Positions 10,239-18,584 of a stretch of 32,000 nt of DNA are shown piece after piece. The stretch is from positions 90,001-122,000 of the forward strand of contig NC_006576.1 in the NCBI RefSeq assembly GCF_000010065.1. The letters are read 5' to 3'. The position numbers were made by a program, and so were the translations under genes. The notes below the pieces were generated by a model. It did no database searches, was not told the origin of the DNA, and worked only from the letters and a program-made list of their open reading frames with translations. Origin of the DNA: Synechococcus elongatus PCC 6301. GTDB lineage: Bacteria; Cyanobacteriota; Cyanobacteriia; Synechococcales; Synechococcaceae. Every line of letters starts with the position of its first letter. Within the stretch, counting starts at the first letter, position 1.

Positions 10239-11138
10239 ATGGCCGTTTGGCTGAAGCTCAGTCTGATTGTGCTCTGTGGTTGTCTCAGCTGCTGGGTAGG
10301 TTCGGTCTGGGCTCAGCCGCCCCTCCCGGGGTTTGCGGCCCTCAGTGCGGGGCAATATCCCCTAGCGGATCGGCAACTGTCGCAGGCGATCGCCCATGGG
10401 AAAGCAACGGCTGCTTTGTATGGCAACCGCTGTTGGGTGCGGCTCTCGCTAGAGCGATACGAGGAGGCGATCAAAGATTGCAGCGTCGCGTTGGATTTGC
10501 AGCCCCATGAGCCAGAAACTTGGTTGAATCGCGGCCTTGCTTACTACCGCCAAGGGCAATCTCAAGCTGCGATCGCTGACTTCGACCAGTTGCTCCAGCA
10601 GTCTCCCACTGACTATCGTGCTTACTACAATCGCGGGCTGGCCTACCTCGACCTCGCTCAGCCCGAGCAAGCGATCGCCGATTTTCAACAGGCCCTCGAA
10701 CGGCTGCCAGCGACTGAGATCGGCGCTGCTGTCGATCTACACACCGATCGCTGCATGGGTGAGTTACACCGCGCCCAGCCGGGCCCAGCGGTTAGTGCCT
10801 GCAGCCAAGCCCTAGAACTCCAGCCCAGCGCCGCGCGGGCTCGATATTTGCGGGCCTTGGCTTACTGGCAATTGCATCAGCCGCAAGCCGCGATCGCTGA
10901 TTTACGACAAGCCTGTGATGCCTTTGCACAAGCTGGAGCAACGGTCCAACTCGATCGAGCCCGTCAGCTTCTGCAACACTGGCAGCAACAGTCCAGCCTC
11001 GTCGCCCAGGCTCCTCGCCTACAATCCAAGAACTGGCCTGGAGCTGTAACCTATGCAATGGATTTGGCGAACTGCCACGATCGCAGTCCTCTTAACGAGT
11101 TGGAGTTCTGCTGCGATCGCGCATTCCAACAATGCTGA
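10239..11138 (+). CDS. Exported TPR-repeat protein
   Basis: 299-aa ORF; repeated TPR motifs (AALYGNRCWVRLSLERYEEAIKDCSVAL; AYYRQGQSQAAIADF; YNRGLAYLDLAQPEQAIADFQQAL). Starts immediately after the petJ stop. Confidence 0.88.
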   Translation: MAVWLKLSLIVLCGCLSCWVGSVWAQPPLPGFAALSAGQYPLADRQLSQAIAHGKATAALYGNRCWVRLSLERYEEAIKDCSVALDLQPHEPETWLNRGLAYYRQGQSQAAIADFDQLLQQSPTDYRAYYNRGLAYLDLAQPEQAIADFQQALERLPATEIGAAVDLHTDRCMGELHRAQPGPAVSACSQALELQPSAARARYLRALAYWQLHQPQAAIADLRQACDAFAQAGATVQLDRARQLLQHWQQQSSLVAQAPRLQSKNWPGAVTYAMDLANCHDRSPLNELEFCCDRAFQQC

Positions 11139-11232
11139 TGTCAATCAGTGTCATCACGATCGTCGCACCGGCGAATATCACTGCCACTAGGCCTGACAAT
11201 AGAGTCGTTTTGATCTTTGCTGATTAGCTTCA

Positions 11233-11742
11233 ATGATGCTTCCGACCCTGAGCACCCTGAAAACAGCGGTGCTCCTGCTTCCTTTGGCAATTCCAACGGC
11301 TGCTCTTGCCCTACCTCAAACCGCTGTTTGGCGACTGGCTGATGCTCAAAATCATCAGCACCAGAATCATCAACATCAAAGCGGGGCTGGCCATTCCCAT
11401 GGCAGCTTGGCGGTGCCAACAGGCACTCCACAACCGACTGTCAATTTAGTGGTTGAACGCGACCGCAAAAGTGGTTGGAATCTCCGGCTAACTACCACTA
11501 ACTTCCAGTTTGCCCCCGAGGAACTTGACAAAACAAATCGAGTTGATTCCGGGCATGCCCATTTGTTCCTTAATGGGAAAAAGATTGCGAGACTTTACGG
11601 ACCTTGGTATCACTTGGCTTCGCTCCCAGCCGGGAAGCAGACTCTCATGGTGGAATTGACCAGCAATCAACACAATGTAATTACGGTTAATGGTCAACCT
11701 GTCATTGCCAAAGTGACTGTAGACGTTCCAGCGATGAAGTAA
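11233..11742 (+). CDS. Exported His-rich protein of unknown function
   Basis: 169-aa ORF with signal peptide and segment NHQHQNHQHQSGAGHSHG, followed by a beta-rich domain (RVDSGHAHLFLNGKKIARLYGPWYHLASLPAGKQTLMVEL). Confidence 0.75.
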   Translation: MMLPTLSTLKTAVLLLPLAIPTAALALPQTAVWRLADAQNHQHQNHQHQSGAGHSHGSLAVPTGTPQPTVNLVVERDRKSGWNLRLTTTNFQFAPEELDKTNRVDSGHAHLFLNGKKIARLYGPWYHLASLPAGKQTLMVELTSNQHNVITVNGQPVIAKVTVDVPAMK

Positions 11743-11772
11743 TTTTCATACTGAGCTACTACGGTAGCCTCT

Positions 11773-11800
11773 GCCTCTCTTCCAGCAAATGGGGAGAGGC
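11773..11800 (+). terminator. Terminator-like hairpin downstream of the His-rich gene
   Basis: GCCTCTCTTC (11773-11782) pairs with GGGGAGAGGC (11791-11800), including two G-T wobbles, with an 8-nt loop; no clear T-run follows. Confidence 0.45.
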
Positions 11801-11824
11801 CTTGACAACTAACAGTGTTCAATC

Positions 11825-11887
11825 GACAGATTTTCAGACCTTGAACGATCGGATCGTAATCCTACCTGAGCGATCGTAAAATCTGTC
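11825..11887. repeat. Bulged inverted repeat / hairpin-forming element
   Basis: GACAGATTTT (11825-11834) and ACGATCG (11845-11851) together pair with the contiguous CGATCGTAAAATCTGTC (11871-11887). Confidence 0.6.
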
Positions 11888-12259
11888 ACGGCAAAGGATA
11901 TAAATACACTTGAGTTAAAGGTTTAATTCTCAGTCGCTACAGTTGTTTTTTGATTGACTGAATGAAGGTCAAGGAATCAGTTTTAGCGATAGCTTTTCAG
12001 TATTAATAATAGTAACCTTCATGCATCGGCCGTAGCTGAAAATGCAAAATAATACTTTGACTATCGTAGGCCAATATCGAGTGACTTATTGCCTGCTCTT
12101 AGTCAATGGAATAAATAAAATGCCCATCAAGCTGTCAGTGCTGGCTCGAAGCGATCTGAATCTTGTCCTAGTAGGCTAGCAAGATAATCTCGATGAGAAA
12201 AGCGATCGCCCTTAAACCAGATTTTTTGACTTTCTTGATCAATCTATTGTCCAAAAAGA

Positions 12260-12299
12260 CCTAGGTGCGATAATTATAAAAACTATAATTCACTCTAGG
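12260..12299. promoter_or_regulatory. Imperfect 40-bp palindrome just upstream of the 12309 gene
   Basis: CCTAG/CTAGG, GTG/CAC and AATTATA/TATAATT arms around a 5-nt centre (AAAAC); contains TATAAT. Confidence 0.5.
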
Positions 12300-12308
12300 G
12301 ATAGAAGC

Positions 12309-13061
12309 TTGGCTTTGCACTCTCGTCGTTGGCTATTGATGGTGCTCACAAGCTGCTTCGCGACTAGCCTGTTCGCTAGACCTGCAATCGCTGCTGATGG
12401 CTGGTGGATCGATCAGTATGCGGTCATTCTCTTTACTGCCACGGGACGGCTCGATGCAGAACTGAAAGAAATGCGCATCGAAGGAGCCGATACGCTGCTC
12501 GTCCATGCGGATAGCCTGCCCCCACTGCTGCTACGTTGGGTTGCTTGGCGTGCCTCTCTACAGAATATGAAGTCAGTCGCCTGGGTTCAGCGTCCCACTC
12601 TCCAGCGACTCAAACATGCTAGCTCTCTCAATGGCTATGCTGCGTTGCAAGTGGATGATCACTTTTTTGCTGATCCCATTGTGAGCTTCAGTCAGCTGCG
12701 CCAAATGATTGGCAAGAAGCAGCTTTGGTGCTCTTTTCAACCGAATCAATTTTCGGAGTTTCTAGCGCGGAATTGTGATCATGTGGATGTACAAATCTAC
12801 CGAATGAGTTGCCCTGCCACAATCGATTTAGCCGATAGATTGGGGTTGCTAGGTCGTCCTCAATCTGCGATCGCGGTCTATCATGATGGCACCTCTCAAG
12901 CCGATCGCGATCTCCAATGCTTCCGTCAAGCAGGTCGCGATGTTCGTAATTCAATCTTTGTTTTCAAATGGAAGAATCCAGGATCTGTCTTGTCGCGATT
13001 TTTGAAGCATCCATTAGTAGCACGACTGGAACGGATATATATTCAGCTATTTAAGGACTAG
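12309..13061 (+). CDS. Hypothetical exported protein
   Basis: 250-aa ORF, signal-peptide-like N-terminus ending FARPAIAADG. Start could be TTG 12309 or ATG 12339. Confidence 0.7.
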   Translation: MALHSRRWLLMVLTSCFATSLFARPAIAADGWWIDQYAVILFTATGRLDAELKEMRIEGADTLLVHADSLPPLLLRWVAWRASLQNMKSVAWVQRPTLQRLKHASSLNGYAALQVDDHFFADPIVSFSQLRQMIGKKQLWCSFQPNQFSEFLARNCDHVDVQIYRMSCPATIDLADRLGLLGRPQSAIAVYHDGTSQADRDLQCFRQAGRDVRNSIFVFKWKNPGSVLSRFLKHPLVARLERIYIQLFKD

Positions 13062-13082
13062 CGCTGAACTATAATCGAGCGA

Positions 13083-13622
13083 TCAAATTTTATTGTCATC
13101 ACTAAATTCTTGTGCAATTTCCCTCAAAAATTGGTTGATTTGTTGAGGCGATCGCAAATGGTAGACTTTGCGGTTTGTTCGAGCTGTCTCAATATACTCT
13201 CGATATTGAGGTGTTAATCGCTGGTGGCAAAGCCAAAGAACGCGGTAGCTACTCATTGAGCTTTTAAATAAAGGACTGTCCTCAGGCCAGCCTTTTGGCG
13301 CTTGAAAGTAGCCCCCTATCCAACGCTTTGTTACCCACCAAAAATGTCGCCAGAGTGGTAGGTCAATGTACACGAGTGTATCAGCTTGGTCGAGACGAGG
13401 CCAGAGTGTATCTAGTGATCCAAAACCATCAATAATCCAGCAATCTGTCTCTAAAATTTCCTGATGCACCTGTTGGTAGGCCGCTAAGGGAAGTTCAACA
13501 CCCCCTGGCTGATACTTAATCTTGTCCAAGGTGTGGAGAGGTAAGCCAGTGATTGCCGCCAAACGCCGACTAAGCGCTGATTTTCCGCCGCCAGCATTGC
13601 CAAAAATCGCAACTCTGTTCAC
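13083..13622 (-). CDS. P-loop NTPase, adenylate-kinase/topology-modulation-like
   Basis: 179-aa ORF; MNRVAIFGNAGGGKSALSRRLA Walker A and LPLHTLDKIKYQPGG typical of FlaR-like kinases. Confidence 0.85.
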   Translation of the reverse strand: MNRVAIFGNAGGGKSALSRRLAAITGLPLHTLDKIKYQPGGVELPLAAYQQVHQEILETDCWIIDGFGSLDTLWPRLDQADTLVYIDLPLWRHFWWVTKRWIGGYFQAPKGWPEDSPLFKSSMSSYRVLWLCHQRLTPQYREYIETARTNRKVYHLRSPQQINQFLREIAQEFSDDNKI

Positions 13623-13792
13623 CTTGACAACCTAATCAGCCGTTCCTATCCCATTTAACAATAGGTAATAGTAATGTCTTCACGAAACTGTCTGAGTCTT
13701 GCAGTCAGCGATCGCCACAACAATAGCTGAAGTCGCACCGTCCAGACTAGCAAAAGGCGATCTTCTGGACGGCTGCAGATCAGCTCAATGAA

Positions 13793-15427
13793 CTAGAACA
13801 AGAACTCGGTCTTGAGTACTGGCACCCAATAGTCGCCATTCGCAAGGTTCCCAAGGGTGAGTCCGCCCCCTGCATTCGTGACAGCATAGAGGGCAGGCGT
13901 GATGGCGATATTGTCAGTCAGTTGCAGCTTGTAATAGACCTCAAAGGCAAATGGCCCACTATCGGCAAAAGCTGCACCTCGGCTATCACTGGTGACGTAG
14001 GGAATTTGACCGATTGCCAAGCCCAATTCATTGCCATCCGCAAATAGGTTCGGGAAGGTCAAGCCGATATTCCATGACTGAACCGTCGAGCTCCCTGCTG
14101 AACCACTGAGAAAGCTGATGCCATAGGAACCACTGATCGTAAAGTTCTCACTGACTGCCCACCCTAGGCTCAAACCGATGTTGTTGCTACTGATCAGATC
14201 CGTTGGTGAATTGGAGGGTCCAATCAGCGATCGCACTGTGCCATAGGAGACCCCGCCAAACTGAGCCGGTAAGCCGACGCCATCAGGATTGACAGGATCA
14301 AAGGCTGGTCCTTTGCGATAGGCATAGGCCAAGGCCCCGATGAAGGTACCATCATCATTTTTGAAGGCCAGTTGCGCCGTGGTTTGTGAGTCGGCTCCAA
14401 AGACCCCAGCCGTTGGATCGGCCTCTAAGTTCTGGCCAGAAGTCGGCCCCTGTTGGTTGATGTAGGCCAACCCAAGATTGAAGTTGGGATTGATTTGCCA
14501 ATTGAAGCCAGCCCCAGCAGAGTTTGAGGTGTCGGCATCGTTGTAGATACCCGGCACTGGATTGTTGAAGAAGTAAGACAATTCGGGGGCGTAGAAGGAG
14601 CCGTTGGTGGAGAACACATCATCGACTTGCACGTTGGAGGTGCCAACCGTGAAGTTCACAGAGCCAACCGGAAACTGATAAATCAGGGTGTTGAGCGTGA
14701 AGTTGGGGTCTGCTCCTGTTGCCGCATTGTCGTAGGCCAAGGCTGCCCCGGGACTCGGGATGCCTGCGCCCGCAGCAAACCCATTCAGATCACGCAGGCC
14801 AGGTGAGGTAATGCTGTTGGTTTCGAGGCGGGTTTTGAGCAGGTCTTTACCAGTGAAGCTGGTGTTGAAATCTAGACCAACCCGCTGTGAGAAAGAGGTG
14901 CCGGTATCCAAGCCACTGGGACCAAAGGCGCGATCGAGGCTGAACAGTACGTCGCCTTGCAGTTTGGTCGTGGTTGAAAACTGAGTGGCTTCGAGTTCCG
15001 TGACCCGTGCTTCGAGTCCATCGACGCGGCCGCGCAGGGTTGCTAGCTCAGACTGAAACTCTTCTGTCAGCTTTTTGAGGGTGTCGAGGTCTTCTTTGGA
15101 GGCGGCAAATTCAATCACTTTGTCGAGACAGGCGTTCAAACCCGCTGCAAATTCATAGCGAGTCAGAGCGCGGCTCCCGCGATAGGTGCGATCGGGATAA
15201 CCAACGATGCAGCCGTAGCGTTCAACCAAGGACTGCAGTGCTTGATAGGCCCAATCAGTCGGGCGAACGTCACTCAGTTGGGTGATTGAAGTGACTTGGG
15301 CTGCGGGTAAATCTTCATTGGCGATCGCATTCACCTGTCGGATTGTGCTGGCGTCAAAGGCGATCGTGGCTGGTGCTAGCCCCAACCAAAGTCCTGTTCC
15401 CATCCAAAGGGCTGCAGGTACGTGCAT
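13793..15427 (-). CDS. Iron uptake porin / cyanobacterial outer-membrane porin (SomA/SomB type)
   Basis: SLH-like region (DVRPTDWAYQALQSLVERYGCIVGYPDRTYRGSRALTRYEFAAGLNACLD), coiled coil, then a beta-barrel ending in F. ATG at 15427 has AGGAG upstream; the track start 15433 is an upstream GTG. Confidence 0.92.
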   Translation of the reverse strand: MHVPAALWMGTGLWLGLAPATIAFDASTIRQVNAIANEDLPAAQVTSITQLSDVRPTDWAYQALQSLVERYGCIVGYPDRTYRGSRALTRYEFAAGLNACLDKVIEFAASKEDLDTLKKLTEEFQSELATLRGRVDGLEARVTELEATQFSTTTKLQGDVLFSLDRAFGPSGLDTGTSFSQRVGLDFNTSFTGKDLLKTRLETNSITSPGLRDLNGFAAGAGIPSPGAALAYDNAATGADPNFTLNTLIYQFPVGSVNFTVGTSNVQVDDVFSTNGSFYAPELSYFFNNPVPGIYNDADTSNSAGAGFNWQINPNFNLGLAYINQQGPTSGQNLEADPTAGVFGADSQTTAQLAFKNDDGTFIGALAYAYRKGPAFDPVNPDGVGLPAQFGGVSYGTVRSLIGPSNSPTDLISSNNIGLSLGWAVSENFTISGSYGISFLSGSAGSSTVQSWNIGLTFPNLFADGNELGLAIGQIPYVTSDSRGAAFADSGPFAFEVYYKLQLTDNIAITPALYAVTNAGGGLTLGNLANGDYWVPVLKTEFLF

Positions 15428-15443
15428 ACTCACTCCTCTTTCT

Positions 15444-15462
15444 AAAAATAATTATTATTCTC
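15444..15462 (-). promoter_or_regulatory. Candidate Fur box upstream of the porin gene
   Basis: Minus-strand GAGAATAATAATTATTTTT matches the Fur consensus GATAATGATAATCATTATC at 14 of 19 positions by hand alignment. Confidence 0.5.
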
Positions 15463-15654
15463 ATTTTTAAGAGTGTCAATTGACTACTTTTCTTCCGTAA
15501 CTCATGGCCTAGCTCTGTTTCTGACGTTGCTATGGCCAAGCTTGCGAGACACCGATTCACCAGGGAAGTAGTGGAGCCTACGTGGAGTGTGATGCCACAC
15601 TTCCTTGCCCGCGAGTGATCGCTTTAGTGAGAGGTTGTTCGGTCGTAGTGGCTG

Positions 15655-16725
15655 GTGATCGTGACAGGCTCTCAGGTCAGGCAAGGTTTAAACACTTGGT
15701 TTGTGCTCCCGCTGCGTAGGACTGCGATCGGCCTGGGCTGCGCCGGAGTTGCAACGCTCTTCTCTGCCTGTGGTCAAACCCAGGCATTGATTACCAATCA
15801 GACCATTCAAGGATTTGTCGATCAGGTTGTCGTTCCTAGCTATGTCAGCGTTGCTGCTGGCGCAACTCAGCTGGAACAAGCCCTCCAAACCTATCAGCAG
15901 GCACCGACTGCTGCCAATTTGGAGGCGGCTCGACAAGCCTGGCGGGTCGCCCGCGATCGCTGGGAGCAGACTGAATGTTTTGCTTTTGGGCCAGCGGATA
16001 GCGAAGGGTTTGATGGGGCAATGGACACCTGGCCTATCGATCGCCAAGGCTTGAAAACTGCCGCAGCTCAGCCAGTGGAGCAACGGGAAGATAGCCGTAA
16101 GGGCTTCCACGCGATCGAGGAGTTGTTGTTTGCCGCAACGGAACCGACGCTGAGCGATCGCCAGCATCTTGTGATCTTGGCGACGGACCTTACCAAGCAA
16201 GCACAGGGGTTGGTCACCCGTTGGCAACAAGCGAGTGATCAGCCTGCCTATCGCTCAGTTTTGCTCAGCGCTGGCTCGACAGATTCGGCCTATCCCACCC
16301 TGAATGCTGCGGGAACCGAGATTGTTCAAGGCCTGGTTGATAGCCTCTCAGAGGTCGCCAGCGAAAAGATCGGCGGGCCACTCGAGACTCAAGAACCCGA
16401 TCGCTTTGAAAGTTTTGTTAGCCGCAATACTCTGTCTGACCTGCGCAACAACTGGACTGGCGCTTGGAATGTCTATCGCGGTCAGCGGTCTGATGGGGTC
16501 GCGGCAGGAAGTCTGCAACAGCGTTTACAGCAACAACATCCAGTGATCGCTCAGCAACTCGATCAGCAATTTGCAACTGCCCGCCAAGCCCTTTGGGCTA
16601 TTCCTGAACCGATTGAAACCAACCTTGCCAGCCCAAGAGGCAAAGTGGCTGTCCTCACGGCTCAAACTGCGATCGCAGCAGTCAGCGACACCCTAGAGCG
16701 TCAAGTTCTCCCGCTGGTTCAGTAG
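15655..16725 (+). CDS. irpA: Iron-regulated protein A, imelysin family
   Basis: 356-aa ORF from GTG; imelysin-type helices (ARQAWRVARDRWEQTECFAFGP; GFHAIEELLFA, the GxHxxE motif). Matches my recollection of S. elongatus IrpA. Confidence 0.85.
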   Translation: MIVTGSQVRQGLNTWFVLPLRRTAIGLGCAGVATLFSACGQTQALITNQTIQGFVDQVVVPSYVSVAAGATQLEQALQTYQQAPTAANLEAARQAWRVARDRWEQTECFAFGPADSEGFDGAMDTWPIDRQGLKTAAAQPVEQREDSRKGFHAIEELLFAATEPTLSDRQHLVILATDLTKQAQGLVTRWQQASDQPAYRSVLLSAGSTDSAYPTLNAAGTEIVQGLVDSLSEVASEKIGGPLETQEPDRFESFVSRNTLSDLRNNWTGAWNVYRGQRSDGVAAGSLQQRLQQQHPVIAQQLDQQFATARQALWAIPEPIETNLASPRGKVAVLTAQTAIAAVSDTLERQVLPLVQ

Positions 16726-16728
16726 CTG

Positions 16729-18088
16729 ATGACTCTCCCAGGGATTCCCCAACGACGCTGGATCAAACGCTCTCGACTGAGCTGGGCTGGACTCGGGTTA
16801 ATTCTGAGCCTCGTTCTGGGCTGGTGGTGGATGGCGCCAGAATCAGTTGCAGCAGGCGGTGCAACGACAATCCATAACCGTAGTGCCCGAGCCTACTCGC
16901 AACCCGCGCCAGGGCTGAATCCTCAGCAGGCTGCTGAACATCGACAGGGCGATCGTCGCTTTGCGGATGTCTTTATTCCAGCCCCAGCAACCTTCAACGC
17001 CGGACTTGGCCCCCATTTCAACAATCAGTCTTGTCTGGGGTGTCACATTCGCGATGGTCGGGGGCAGCCGCAAGCCGGACAACTTCTAGCCCGTCTCAGT
17101 TTGCCGCCAGACCGAGGGACACCAGAACAGCCCGGAGGGCGCCATTCCCGTTCCAGGGCTAGGGAGCCAACTGCAGGATCACAGCATTCCAGGAGTGCCG
17201 CCGCTCGGTAGTTTTCAGCTGACGTGGGAGGAAGTGTTTGGTCGCTACGCAGACGGTCGCTCCTACTCGCTGCGGCGGCCCCAGATTCAGCTGCTGGACG
17301 GCACAGGCAAAGCCCTCGATCCAAGCATTCAAGTCTCGCTTCGGTTGCCCCCGCCAGTATTTGGCCGGGGTCTCCTTGAAGCCGTGCCAGAGGAGGTTTT
17401 AGCCGCGATCGCAGATCCAGAGGATCGCAATCACGATGGCATTTCTGGTCGTCTCAATCAGGTTTGGGACATTGCGCAACAAAAACAGGCGATCGGGCGC
17501 TTTGGCTGGAAAGCGGGTCAGCCCACGCTCCAGCAGCAAAATGCAGCTGCCTATGCCCACGATATGGGTGTCAGCAATCCGCTATTTCCCGATGCTAATG
17601 GCCATCAGGATATCGATGCTCAAACCCTGACAGCCACGACCTTCTATACGCAAACCCTCGCCGTCCCGGCACCGTTGCGCATTGACGATCGCCAATTTCG
17701 ACAAGGGTTTGCCTTGTTCCAAGACGCTGGCTGTGCCGCTTGTCATCTCCCGAAACTGAAGACAGGCCGATCTGCGATCGCGGCACTCTCAGAACAGACC
17801 TTTGCCCCCTATACCGACCTCCTGCTGCACGATTTAGGCCCGGGTCTCGCTGATCAGCGACCTGAGTTTTTAGCTAACGGACAGGAATGGCGAACAGCAC
17901 CGCTCTGGGGACTGGGACTGAGCCAAACCGTCTTGCCCGGAGCAACGTATCTGCATGACGGCCGAGCCCGCACGATCGCGGAAGCGATTCTCTGGCACGG
18001 CGGTGAAGCTGAGTTAGCGCGCGAATGGTTCCGGACAGCCTCTGCCCGCGATCGCAAACGCCTAGAACGATTTCTCAAGCAACTCTGA
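16729..18088 (+). pseudogene. Frame-disrupted di-heme (thiol) oxidoreductase family protein, likely second gene of the irpA operon (track ORFs 16729-17211 and 17195-18088)
   Basis: N-part has NNQSCLGCHIRDGRG; C-part has DAGCAACHLPKLKTG and LWGLGLSQTVLPGATYLHDGRARTIAEAILWHGGEA. The frames join if 1 nt is removed near 17134-17140 (GGAGGGC), giving ...GAIPVPGLGSQLQDHSIPGVPPLGSFQLTWEEV.... Could be a sequence error or a true frameshift. Confidence 0.75.
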
Positions 18089-18218
18089 GCAGGCGATCGA
18101 CCCCAGTCCGGCAGCGGCCATATTCAACTCCCATTACTTAAAAATCTTGTTGTAGTGGTTTCTCCAGAGTTGAAAAGGCTGGGCTAAGGTAGGGGCAAGT
18201 TGCCTGAGGACTTAGGCG

Positions 18219-18476
18219 ATGTGTATTTGCATTCACTGTGCGTTGGTCGATCGGTGTCGGACCTACCATGAGGTTGAGACCCAACACCAACAGCAGCACC
18301 TCACCGATCAGCCAGATTTCGAGCCCAAGTCACCCACGATCAACGTCAACATTCGGATGGCGGATGACTCCCACGACCACATTGAGATGGAGTGGGATGT
18401 GGTGAGTTGCGAGAGTTTCGTTGCCGATCGCGGGCGTTGGGCGCGGCTGCGTCCGGGGGAATTGATTCCCACCTGA
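18219..18476 (+). CDS. ycf34: Ycf34 family protein
   Basis: 85-aa ORF MCICIHCALVDRCRTYHEVETQHQQQHLTDQPDFEPKSPTINVNIR..., characteristic of Ycf34. Confidence 0.92.
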   Translation: MCICIHCALVDRCRTYHEVETQHQQQHLTDQPDFEPKSPTINVNIRMADDSHDHIEMEWDVVSCESFVADRGRWARLRPGELIPT

Positions 18477-18584
18477 GCCACCGTTGAACAAACACTGAAG
18501 CTCAAGGCCGCACTCTGGCTAGCAGCGATCGCGACTGTCCTGCGATGATCGGAAAGGAAAAGACAGCGATCGCAGGGGAAAACA

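Noticed and set aside
15688-16230. 180-aa minus-strand ORF antisense to irpA
   Set aside because: Shadow of a strong imelysin-family gene; low-complexity composition and no domain-like pattern.
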